A DNA stretch of 18,641 nucleotides. Source: Candidatus Rokuibacteriota bacterium. GTDB taxonomy: Bacteria > Methylomirabilota > Methylomirabilia > Rokubacteriales > DASRDR01. The notes under the pieces are model-generated. The model had not been told where the DNA came from, searched no databases, and saw only the letters and a program-made list of their open reading frames with translations. Position 1 is the first letter of the stretch. Each line of letters begins with the position of its first letter. Location: assembly GCA_044866005.1 (NCBI GenBank), contig JBIOTN010000240.1, positions 1 through 18,641 on the forward strand, read 5' to 3'. Positions 1 to 7,902 of this stretch are shown here, piece after piece. The position numbers and the translations under genes were made by a program.

Positions 1-143
1 CGGCGGTCCCGTGGTCCGCGAATACTCCTTGGGGCCAAAGGCGGGCGTCGCCGCGCTGGAGGTCGGGAGACCGGGCCCAGGATGAGCAGGAGCAGGACCG
101 TGAGGACCGGACCGGAGACGAGCAGACAGACGAGGACTCGCAT
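1..143 (-). CDS. 5' part of a probable secreted protein, running off the window edge, with an apparent 1-nt frameshift near 65-67
   Basis: ATG at 143 preceded by AAAGGGAGG. Hydrophobic signal-like N-terminus MRVLVCLLVSGPVLTVLLLLILGPVS. GC3-rich coding then continues in a shifted frame (PTSSAATPAFGPKEYSRTTGPP). Confidence 0.55.
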   Translation of the reverse strand, partial: MRVLVCLLVSGPVLTVLLLLILGPVSRPPARRRPPLAPRSIRGPRDR

Positions 144-190
144 GATGCCCTCCCTTTGAACCGTCACGCGACCGCAGGCTCCGACTATAG

Positions 191-205
191 GCAAGAACCG
201 GGCCA
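191..205 (-). promoter_or_regulatory. sigma54 (RpoN) -24/-12 promoter for the gene starting at 143
   Basis: Minus strand reads TGGCCCG-GTTC-TTGC versus consensus TGGCACG-N4-TTGC: one mismatch, exact GG-N10-GC spacing, 47 nt upstream of the ATG. Confidence 0.7.
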
Positions 206-288
206 GCGATGAGCTTTCTGTGCGGGGTCTGCCATGGCGCGGAGTTCGGCCGTGGACCGCCCTGCCTGAGCGCCCCGGCGCAGCGGAA

Positions 289-330
289 ACTGTGCACCCG
301 GTGCACAGTGGACAGGGCACCGGTACACAG
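289..330. promoter_or_regulatory. Palindromic transcription-factor site plus a degenerate second copy (candidate enhancer/UAS)
   Basis: Perfect 10-bp inverted repeat ACTGTGCACC-C-GGTGCACAGT (289-309), followed by ACAGGGCACCGGTACACAG (312-330), in a divergent intergenic region. Confidence 0.6.
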
Positions 331-394
331 GCGGCGAGCGTCTCCGGAGGCCAGCAAAGGGTCCGAGGAACTCTTAGAAGCACGTGCCGCCGGG

Positions 395-424
395 TTGCGG
401 CCATCTGCCTGCCTTTGTTACGAT
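395..424 (+). promoter_or_regulatory. Putative sigma70-type promoter with extended -10 for the ABC transporter operon
   Basis: TTGCGG (395-400), 18-nt spacer ending TGT, TACGAT (419-424); 30 nt upstream of GTG 455. Confidence 0.45.
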
Positions 425-454
425 CGCCGCACCTGCCTTGAGCCGGCCACGGCC

Positions 455-1318
455 GTGACTGTCGAGATCGTCGTCCAGGGCCTCGTGAGCGGCCTCCTCA
501 TGGGGTTCGTCTACGCCCTGATCGCGGCCGGGCTGTCGCTCATCTTCGGGCTCATGGAGATCGTCAACTTCGCCCACGGCGAGTTCCTCATGCTCGCCAT
601 GTTCGCCAGCTTCTGGGCCTGGACGCTCGGCCGCCTCGATCCGCTCGTCTCGCTCCCGGGCGCGACGCTCCTCCTCTTCCTCCTCGGCGTCGTCGTCTAC
701 AAGGCGGTCATCAGCCGGATCCTGACGGCGCCGATGCTGGCCCAGGTCTTCGCCACCTTCGGGCTCGCCGTCTTCATCCGGAGCGGCGCCCAGTTCCTCT
801 GGACACCGGACTTCCGGCTCGTCCAGAACCCGTGGGTGGCGGGGCGGCTCTCGCTCTTCGGGGTCTTCGTCGGGACGCCGCAGCTCACCGCGGCCCTCGC
901 CGCGCTGGCCGCCTTCGCCCTCCTCTACTGGTTCATCAGCCGCACCGAGACAGGGCTGGCCCTCCAGGCCACGGCGCAGGACCGCCAGGCCGCCGCGCTC
1001 ATGGGCATCGACACCGAGCGGATGTTCGCGCTCGGCTGGGGCCTGGGCGCCGCGTGCGTCGGCGTCTCGGGCGCCCTCTTGGCGAACTTCTTCTACGTCT
1101 TTCCCGACGTCGGCGCCGTCTTCGCGCTGATCGCGTACGTGACGGTGGCGCTGGGCGGCTTCGGGAACGTGCCGGCCACGCTCGCCGCCGGGATCCTGGT
1201 CGGGCTCGTCGAGGTCGTCGTCGGCCTCTGGGCGCCCGCCTTCAAGTACGTGGGCGTGTTCGTGCTCTACCTGGGCGTGGTGCTCTGGCGCCCGCACGGC
1301 CTCTTCGGCAAGTTCTGA
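455..1318 (+). CDS. livH: Branched-chain amino acid ABC transporter permease (LivH-like)
   Basis: Motifs YALIAAGLSLIFGLMEIVNFAHGEF, TAQDRQAAALMGID and VALGGFGN; multiple TM helices. Start moved from the ORF-track 209 to GTG 455, where family-like sequence and GC3 bias begin. Confidence 0.9.
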   Translation: MTVEIVVQGLVSGLLMGFVYALIAAGLSLIFGLMEIVNFAHGEFLMLAMFASFWAWTLGRLDPLVSLPGATLLLFLLGVVVYKAVISRILTAPMLAQVFATFGLAVFIRSGAQFLWTPDFRLVQNPWVAGRLSLFGVFVGTPQLTAALAALAAFALLYWFISRTETGLALQATAQDRQAAALMGIDTERMFALGWGLGAACVGVSGALLANFFYVFPDVGAVFALIAYVTVALGGFGNVPATLAAGILVGLVEVVVGLWAPAFKYVGVFVLYLGVVLWRPHGLFGKF

Positions 1319-1321
1319 GCC

Positions 1322-2329
1322 ATGGGGCGCGGGCGCTGGCGGCTCGCCCTGCTGGTCGCGCTGGCGACCGTCCTCCTCCTCTTCCCCGTGGCGGTGACCG
1401 GCCCCTACCGGCGCGACGTCATGATCCGCATCTTCCTCTACGGTCTCCTGGCCCAGGCCTGGAACCTCCTCGGTGGCTACTGCGGCCAGATCTCGCTCGG
1501 CAACGCCGTCTTCTTCGGGATCGGCGCCTACACCTCGTCGGTCCTGCTGATCCGGTGGGACCTCTCGCCCTGGCTCGGCATGCTGGCCGGCACGCTCGCG
1601 GCCGTCCTCGTCTCCCAGGTGATCGGGTTCCCGTGCTTCCGCCTCCGCGGGCACTACTTCGCGATCGCCACGATCGCCATCGGCGAGATCGTGCAGACGC
1701 TGGTCATCAACTGGGACGCGGTCGGCGGCGCGCGCGGGCTCCAGCTCCCCATCAAGCCGGAGACCTTCGTCAACTTCCAGTTCCACCGCGCCAAGTGGCC
1801 CTACTACTACATCGCGCTGGGCCTCTTCGCCGCCGTCCTCGCGGTGACCACATGGGTCGAGCGCTCGCGGCTCGGCTACTACTTCCGGGCCATCCGCGAG
1901 GACCCCGACGCCGCGCAGAGCCTCGGCGTCCCCCTCACGCGCTACAAGCTCGTCGCCATCGCGCTCTCCGCCGCGTTCACCGCGCTGGGCGGCGCCTTCT
2001 ACGCCCAGTACGTGCTCTTCATCGACCCGGAGTCGGTCTTCCCGCTGTCGCTCTCGATCCTGGTCTGCCTGGTCGCGGTGCTGGGCGGCGTCGGCACGCT
2101 CTGGGGGCCGCTCCTGGGCGCGATGATCCTGATCCCGCTGTCCGAGGCGACGCGCGTCTACTTCGGCGGGACGGGCAAGGCGGTGGACCTCATGATCTAC
2201 GGCGGCCTCATCGTCCTGGTTTCGGTCTTCCAGCCGGCCGGGCTGATGGGCCTGCTGGGGCGCGCCGGACGCGGCGGCGGCCCCGGGCCGCCGCCGGTGC
2301 CGGCGGCCGCGACGCCGGGAAGCGGATGA
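1322..2329 (+). CDS. livM: Branched-chain amino acid ABC transporter permease (LivM-like)
   Basis: WNLLGGYCGQISLGNAVFFGIGAY, RLRGHYFAIATIA, AIREDPDAAQSLGV and VLGGVGTLWGP motifs. Confidence 0.9.
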   Translation: MGRGRWRLALLVALATVLLLFPVAVTGPYRRDVMIRIFLYGLLAQAWNLLGGYCGQISLGNAVFFGIGAYTSSVLLIRWDLSPWLGMLAGTLAAVLVSQVIGFPCFRLRGHYFAIATIAIGEIVQTLVINWDAVGGARGLQLPIKPETFVNFQFHRAKWPYYYIALGLFAAVLAVTTWVERSRLGYYFRAIREDPDAAQSLGVPLTRYKLVAIALSAAFTALGGAFYAQYVLFIDPESVFPLSLSILVCLVAVLGGVGTLWGPLLGAMILIPLSEATRVYFGGTGKAVDLMIYGGLIVLVSVFQPAGLMGLLGRAGRGGGPGPPPVPAAATPGSG

Positions 2330-3057
2330 CCGGCCGGGGCCCGCTGCTCGAGGTCGCCGACGTCACCAAGCGCTTCGGCGGGGTCGTGGCGAACGCGGGG
2401 ATCACGTTCGCCGTGGCGCCCGGGGAGATCGTCGGCGTGATCGGGCCGAACGGCGCGGGCAAGTCCACCCTCTTCGACGTCATCACCGGCTTCTACCGGC
2501 CGGAGGCCGGCAGGGTCCGCTTCGCCGGCGAGCCGATCACCGGGCTCCGCCCGGACCAGATCAACCGCCGGGGGATCGGCCGGACCTTCCAGAAGCTGCG
2601 CCCGTTCGGCGGCATGACGACCCTGGAGAACGTGACCGTCGGCGCGCTCCGCCACGCGCGCGATCCGCGGGCGGCGCGGGAGGCGGCGCGGCGGTGCCTC
2701 ACGCTGGTCGGGCTCGGCGACAAGGGGGACGCCTTCGCCCGGGAGCTCTCCACCGGCCAGCGCAAGCGCCTCGAGATGGCGCGCGCCATGGCGACGGGCC
2801 CGCGGCTCCTCTTGCTCGACGAGGTGACCGGCGGCGTGGACCAGCGCTCGATCCCCGGGCTCGTCGCGCTGATCGGGCAGCTCCGGGACGAGGGCGTGAC
2901 GCTGGTCGTGATCGAGCACAACATGCGGGTCATCATGAGCGTCGCCACCCGCATCATCGCGCTCAACCTCGGCCAGGTGATCGCCGACGGCCCGCCCGCC
3001 GAGGTCGTGCGGAACCGCGCGCTGATCGAGGCGTATCTCGGCGCGTCCTATGCGTGA
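2326..3057 (+). CDS. livG: ABC transporter ATP-binding protein (LivG-like)
   Basis: ATGA overlap with the upstream stop. Walker A GPNGAGKST, GIGRTFQ, signature LSTGQ, Walker B LLLLDE, VIEHNM, C-terminal EAYLG. It is the 3' part of ORF 832..3057. Confidence 0.9.
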   Translation: MTGRGPLLEVADVTKRFGGVVANAGITFAVAPGEIVGVIGPNGAGKSTLFDVITGFYRPEAGRVRFAGEPITGLRPDQINRRGIGRTFQKLRPFGGMTTLENVTVGALRHARDPRAAREAARRCLTLVGLGDKGDAFARELSTGQRKRLEMARAMATGPRLLLLDEVTGGVDQRSIPGLVALIGQLRDEGVTLVVIEHNMRVIMSVATRIIALNLGQVIADGPPAEVVRNRALIEAYLGASYA

Positions 3058-3063
3058 CCCCGG

Positions 3064-3771
3064 ATGCTGACGGTCGAGTCCCTGAGCGTGGCCTACGGGG
3101 ACTTCCAGGTCCTCTGGGACGTCTCCCTCCGGGTCGAGGAGGGGGAGATCGTCGCCCTCCTCGGCCCGAACGGCGCCGGCAAGTCCACGGTCCTCAACAC
3201 CGTCTCGGGGCTCGTCCCGCCGCGCGCGGGGCAGGTCCTCTTCCGCGGCCAGCCGCTCGATTCCCTGCCCGCCCACCGCCGGGTCGCCGAGGGGCTCGCC
3301 CACGTCCTGGAGCGGCGGCGGCTCTTCCCCTACCTCACGGTCCGCCAGAACCTGCGGCTGGGGGCGTATCGGGGCGAGGCGCGGCGGCAGCGCGCGGCGA
3401 CGCTCGGGTGGGTCGAATCGCTCTTCCCCGTGCTCCAGGAGCGGGGAGCCCAGCTGGCCGGGACGCTCTCCGGCGGCGAGCAGCAGATGGTCGCGATCGC
3501 CCGCGGGCTCATGTCGCGGCCCCGCCTCCTCATGGTGGACGAGCCGACGCTCGGGCTCGCGCCGCGGGTCGTGGCGGAGATCCTGGGCGTGCTCAGGCGG
3601 ATCAACCGCGAGGAGGGCGTCACCCTGCTCTTCATCGAGCAGAACGTCCAGCTCGCGCTCTCCCTGGCCCACCGGGGCTACATCCTCGAGTCCGGCCGCG
3701 TCCTGCTGGAGGGCTCGGCCGAGGCCCTGCTCGCCTCGGCCGAGGTCCGGAAGGTCTTCCTGGGCCTGTAA
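3064..3771 (+). CDS. livF: ABC transporter ATP-binding protein (LivF-like)
   Basis: GPNGAGKST, AGTLSGGEQQMVAIARGLM, DEPTLGLAP and IEQN motifs. Confidence 0.92.
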   Translation: MLTVESLSVAYGDFQVLWDVSLRVEEGEIVALLGPNGAGKSTVLNTVSGLVPPRAGQVLFRGQPLDSLPAHRRVAEGLAHVLERRRLFPYLTVRQNLRLGAYRGEARRQRAATLGWVESLFPVLQERGAQLAGTLSGGEQQMVAIARGLMSRPRLLMVDEPTLGLAPRVVAEILGVLRRINREEGVTLLFIEQNVQLALSLAHRGYILESGRVLLEGSAEALLASAEVRKVFLGL

Positions 3772-3812
3772 GTGCGCGCGGAATCGCGGCTTGGCGGCGC
3801 GAGAGAGAGACA

Positions 3813-3841
3813 TTGCGCCGAGGGGCCGTGTATGTTAGCGT
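3813..3841 (+). promoter_or_regulatory. Putative sigma70-type promoter with extended -10 for the trxA-thiL operon
   Basis: TTGCGC (3813-3818), 17-nt spacer ending TGT, TAGCGT (3836-3841), in a locally AT-rich patch of the intergenic region. Confidence 0.5.
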
Positions 3842-3953
3842 AAACAAGGGTAGATTCTACGGTTGACCCCCACGATGGACACGAGCTCCGACCCCACTTG
3901 CGACCCACGGGCACCCCGCCCGTAACTGCCGCTGACCGCGCCCGGAGGAACCC

Positions 3954-4283
3954 ATGGCCAGCCAGAGCATCGTCCACCTGACCGACGCCTCCTTCGACCA
4001 GGCCCTCGCCGAGCGCTCGGAGGCGGTCATCGTGGACTTCTGGGCGGAGTGGTGCGGGCCGTGCAAGGCGATCGCCCCGGTGCTCGAGGAGCTGGCCCAG
4101 GAGTATGCCGGCAAGGTGACCATCGCCAAGGTGAACGTGGACGAGCACCCGGGCCTCGCGGCGCGCTTCCAGGTCCGGTCGATCCCGACCCTCCTCTTCT
4201 TCAAGGCCGGGAGCGTGGTGGACCAGGTGGTCGGCGCGGTGGCCAAGGCGCAGATCAAGAAGCGGCTGGACGCGGTCGCCTGA
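3954..4283 (+). CDS. trxA: Thioredoxin
   Basis: VDFWAEWCGPCK active site, cis-Pro motif SIPTL, 109 aa, GGAGGA RBS. Confidence 0.97.
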   Translation: MASQSIVHLTDASFDQALAERSEAVIVDFWAEWCGPCKAIAPVLEELAQEYAGKVTIAKVNVDEHPGLAARFQVRSIPTLLFFKAGSVVDQVVGAVAKAQIKKRLDAVA

Positions 4284-4295
4284 GAGCGCACGCCG

Positions 4296-5336
4296 GTGAC
4301 AGGCGAGGACCCGGCCTCAGCCGGGAGCCGAGCCGTGACCCTGCGCGACCTCGGTGAGCGGGGCCTCATCGAGCGGATCCGCCGCCGCCTCGGCCCGCCG
4401 GCCGAGGGCGTCCTCGTCGGGATCGGCGACGACGCGGCGGCCGTGGCCTGGCCGGGCGGGACGCTGCTCCTCACGACCGACAGCCAGCTCGAGGACGTCC
4501 ACTTCCGGCGCGCCACGACCAGTCTGCGCGAGGTCGGGGCGAAGGCGCTCGCGGTCAACCTCTCGGACATCGCGGCGATGGGCGGCGAGCCCCGCGTCGC
4601 CGTCCTGGCGCTCGCGCTCCCCGCGAGCTGCCCGGTCGCGGACGTCGACGAGCTCTACACGGGCCTGACCGAGATGGCGGATCGCTACGGGGTCGCGCTG
4701 GTGGGAGGCGATACGTGCGCCGCGCCCGACCGGATCGTGGTCACCATCACGCTCCTCGGCCGGGTCGACGGCGCGCCGGTCCGCCGGAGCGGCGCCCGCG
4801 CCGGTGACGCGATCCTCGTGACCGGCACGCTCGGCGCCTCGGCCGCCGGGCTCGCCACGCTCGAGCGCGAGCCGGCCGTCGTCCCGGCCGAGGTCCGGGC
4901 CCGCCTGGCCCGCGCGCACCGGCTGCCCACGCCGCGCGTCGCCGAGGGCCGGCTCGTCCGGGCGTCGGGGAGTGCGACCGCCATGATCGACCTCTCCGAC
5001 GGGCTGGCCACCGACCTCGCCCACATCGCCGAGGAGAGCGGCGTCGGCGCCGCGATCCGCCTGCCGGCCCTGCCCATCGACGAGGGGACCCGCGCGCTCG
5101 CCCGCGCGCTCGGCGAGGCGCCGTGGCGGTGGGCGGTGAGCGGCGGGGAGGACTACGAGCTGCTCTTCACGGCGGCGGCCCCGCACGCCGCCGGCCTCGC
5201 CGCCCGGATCACGGCGGAGACCGGCACCCCGGTCAGCGTGATCGGCGAGGTCCGGCCGGCCGGCGAGGGCGTGCGGTTCCTGGACGACGCCGGCCGGCCT
5301 CACGCTGTCCGCGCCGGCTTCGACCACTTCCGGTAG
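4296..5336 (+). CDS. thiL: Thiamine-monophosphate kinase
   Basis: GIGDDAA, NLSDIAAMGG, VGGDT, MIDLSDGL, GGEDYELLFT and C-terminal GFDHF motifs. The true start may be GTG 4335. Confidence 0.95.
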   Translation: MTGEDPASAGSRAVTLRDLGERGLIERIRRRLGPPAEGVLVGIGDDAAAVAWPGGTLLLTTDSQLEDVHFRRATTSLREVGAKALAVNLSDIAAMGGEPRVAVLALALPASCPVADVDELYTGLTEMADRYGVALVGGDTCAAPDRIVVTITLLGRVDGAPVRRSGARAGDAILVTGTLGASAAGLATLEREPAVVPAEVRARLARAHRLPTPRVAEGRLVRASGSATAMIDLSDGLATDLAHIAEESGVGAAIRLPALPIDEGTRALARALGEAPWRWAVSGGEDYELLFTAAAPHAAGLAARITAETGTPVSVIGEVRPAGEGVRFLDDAGRPHAVRAGFDHFR

Positions 5337-5341
5337 CCACC

Positions 5342-6616
5342 GTGGATCGCCTCATCCTCGACGCGCTCATCCTCCTCGCCTTCCTTTGCCTTTCCGCCCT
5401 GCTGGCGGGCGCGGAAGCCGCCTACTTCTCGCTGAGCCGCCACGGCACGGCGCGGCGCGAGGGCGACGACGCGCCCGGGCACCCCCAGCTCGCCCGGCTC
5501 CTGGAGAAGCCGCACGACCTGCTCATCACGATCCTGGTCGGGATCACGGTCGTCAACATCGCCAGCTCGGCCCTCGCCACCTCGGTCGCGACGGGTCTGT
5601 TCGGCGAGAAAGGCGTGGCCATCGCCATCCCGGTCATGATCTTCCTCATCGTGGTCTTCGGCGAGGTCCTGCCGATGACCGTGGCCGTCGACGCGCCGCG
5701 CCGCTTCGGGCTCACGGCGGCCCGGCCCGTCCGGGCGGTCGCCTGGCTCCTGACCCCGGTGCGAAAGGTCCTCGGCGGCTTCACCACGCTCGTCGCGCGC
5801 GTCGTCAGCCGGGAGGAGACCCCGCAGACGGCGATCACCGAGGCCGAGCTCCGCACGCTCGTCGAGGTGGGCCACCGGGAGGGCGTCGTCGAGCGGACCG
5901 AGCGGGAGATGATCCACGGCGTGTTCGAGCTCGGCGACACGACCGTCGCCGACATCATGACGCCGCGCACCGACGTCTTCGGCATCGACGCCGACACGCC
6001 GCCTGACCGGCTCCTCGACGAGCTGCGCCGGCAGCTCCACCACCGGGTACCGGTGTACGCGGGCAGCCTCGACAACATCGTCGGCATCCTGGCGACCCAG
6101 GAGCTGCTCCCGTACTACGAGGGGCTGCCGCCCGACTTCGACCTGCGCCGGGTGCTCAGCCCGCCCCACTTCGTGCCGGGGACGAAGCGCGCGGACGCCC
6201 TCCTCCGCGAGTTCCAGGCGCGAAAGCTCCAGACCGCCATCGTCGTGGACGAGTACGGCGGCACCGCCGGGCTCGTGACCCTGGAGGACATCCTCGAAGA
6301 GGTGGTCGGTGAGATCCGCGACGAGTTCGAGGCGGAGGAGCGGCTGGCCCAGGCGGTGGACGAGCGGACCTATCGCGTCGCGGCGAAGATGCCGATCGCC
6401 GACTTCAACCGGATCACCGGGCTGTCGATCCCGGACGAGAACTTCGACACGGTGGGCGGCTGGGTGCTCGACCTCTTCGGCCGCGTCCCGCACCGGGGCG
6501 AGAGCATCGAAGCCAACGGCGTCCGGATCACGGTCGAGAAGGGGCAGCGGATGCGGGTCCTCGAGGTGCTCGTCCGGCTGCCGGCGCCGCCGCCCCGGCC
6601 GGAGACCCCCGCGTGA
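5342..6616 (+). CDS. Hemolysin-family / CNNM (DUF21)-CBS-CorC_HlyC protein, copy 1
   Basis: N-terminal TM region (SALLAGAEAAYFSL, FGEVLP), DIMTPRTD, AIVVDEYGGTAGLVTLEDILEEVVGEIRDE, FDTVGG. Start set at GTG 5342, just after the thiL stop. Confidence 0.9.
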   Translation: MDRLILDALILLAFLCLSALLAGAEAAYFSLSRHGTARREGDDAPGHPQLARLLEKPHDLLITILVGITVVNIASSALATSVATGLFGEKGVAIAIPVMIFLIVVFGEVLPMTVAVDAPRRFGLTAARPVRAVAWLLTPVRKVLGGFTTLVARVVSREETPQTAITEAELRTLVEVGHREGVVERTEREMIHGVFELGDTTVADIMTPRTDVFGIDADTPPDRLLDELRRQLHHRVPVYAGSLDNIVGILATQELLPYYEGLPPDFDLRRVLSPPHFVPGTKRADALLREFQARKLQTAIVVDEYGGTAGLVTLEDILEEVVGEIRDEFEAEERLAQAVDERTYRVAAKMPIADFNRITGLSIPDENFDTVGGWVLDLFGRVPHRGESIEANGVRITVEKGQRMRVLEVLVRLPAPPPRPETPA

Positions 6617-7902
6617 GCCCGCCCCTCGGCCTCCTGGTCGTCTGCGCCTGCCTCCTCGCCTCGGCGTTCTTCTCCGCGGCGGAGATGGCCTTCATCGCGG
6701 CGAACCGGATCCGGCTCCGCCACCTGGCCGAGCAGGGCGCGCGGATCGCGCGCGGGTACATGGAGGCCTTCCAGCGGCCGGAGCGGCTGCTCTCGACCGC
6801 CATGATGGGGGTGACGATCGCCCACGTGACGGCGTCCGCCGTGACCACGGCGCTCCTCCTGCCCTGGCTCGGCCGCAAGGCGCCGCTGTGGGCGACGGCC
6901 GTCCTGACGCCGGTCATGCTGATCTTCGGCGAGATCGTCCCGAAGACCCTGACACAGCAGAGGGCCACGGCCGTGGCCCTGTGGACCTTCGATCCCCTGC
7001 GCCTCGCCGCCTGGGTGCTCAAGCCCCTGGTCTGGACGGCCAACGTGCTGGTGGGCGCGATCCTCCGCGGCCTCGGCCGAGGCGAACGCGGGGACCCCTT
7101 CGTCTCGCGCGACGACCTGCGCCTCCTGTTCCAGGTCGAGCCCGCCGGGGTCACCGACGTGCGCGAGGAAGAGCGCGAGATGATCGAGGGGATCTTCGAC
7201 CTCGGGGAGACGGACGTCCGTGAGATCATGGTGCCGCTGGTGGACGTCGTCGCCGTCCCCGAGGAGGCGACGGTCGCAGAGACCGTGGCGCGGATCCGAG
7301 AGAGCGGCTACTCTCGGCTGCCCGTCTATCGCGAGCGCATCGACCACGTCGTGGGCGTCGTCACCGCGCTCGACATCCTGCACCGCGGCGCCGGCGAGGA
7401 CACGATCAAGAGCCTGATCCGGCCCGCCTACTACGTGCCGGAGACCAAGCGGATCGACGACCTGCTGCGCGAGATGCAGCGCCAGCACCTCCAGCTCGCC
7501 GTGGTGGTGGACGAGTACGGGGGCAGCGAAGGGATCGTGACGGTCGAGGACATCGTGGAGGAGATCGTCGGCGAGATCGAGGACGAGCACGAGCGTCCCT
7601 CGTCCACCGTGACCCGGCTGCCCGACGGCAGCTACCTCGCGGCCGGCCGCGTCGGCATCGACGAGCTGAACGAGGCGCTCCAGTGGGATTTGCCGAAGAA
7701 GGACTACGAGACGGTGAGCGGGCTGATCCTGTCGCTCCTCGGCCGCATCCCCCGGCCCGGCGAGCAGGTCGCGGTGGGCGGCTACGAGCTGAGCGTGGTG
7801 GACGCGGACGAGCGCCGCATCCTGAAGGTCAAGGTGCGAACCCGGAGCGAAGCCCCGGCTGCGGGCCCCGGAGGAGGGGAGCATGGCCAAGGGAAAAGCT
7901 GA
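6613..7902 (+). CDS. Hemolysin-family / CNNM (DUF21)-CBS-CorC_HlyC protein, copy 2
   Basis: [65 protein letters not shown] overlap with copy 1. Confidence 0.92.
   Translation: MSPPLGLLVVCACLLASAFFSAAEMAFIAANRIRLRHLAEQGARIARGYMEAFQRPERLLSTAMMGVTIAHVTASAVTTALLLPWLGRKAPLWATAVLTPVMLIFGEIVPKTLTQQRATAVALWTFDPLRLAAWVLKPLVWTANVLVGAILRGLGRGERGDPFVSRDDLRLLFQVEPAGVTDVREEEREMIEGIFDLGETDVREIMVPLVDVVAVPEEATVAETVARIRESGYSRLPVYRERIDHVVGVVTALDILHRGAGEDTIKSLIRPAYYVPETKRIDDLLREMQRQHLQLAVVVDEYGGSEGIVTVEDIVEEIVGEIEDEHERPSSTVTRLPDGSYLAAGRVGIDELNEALQWDLPKKDYETVSGLILSLLGRIPRPGEQVAVGGYELSVVDADERRILKVKVRTRSEAPAAGPGGGEHGQGKS

Noticed and set aside
236..251. Possible + strand sigma54 box TGGCGCG-GAGT-TCGG
   Set aside because: It lacks the GC at the required -12 spacing.
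209..454. Cys-rich 82-aa N-terminal extension on the LivH-like permease
   Set aside because: It lacks GC3 bias and overlaps the promoter and palindrome elements. GTG 455 fits the family start.
3801..3810. (GA)5 run upstream of the trxA -35
   Set aside because: Too short to suggest phase variation, and outside the -35/-10 spacer.
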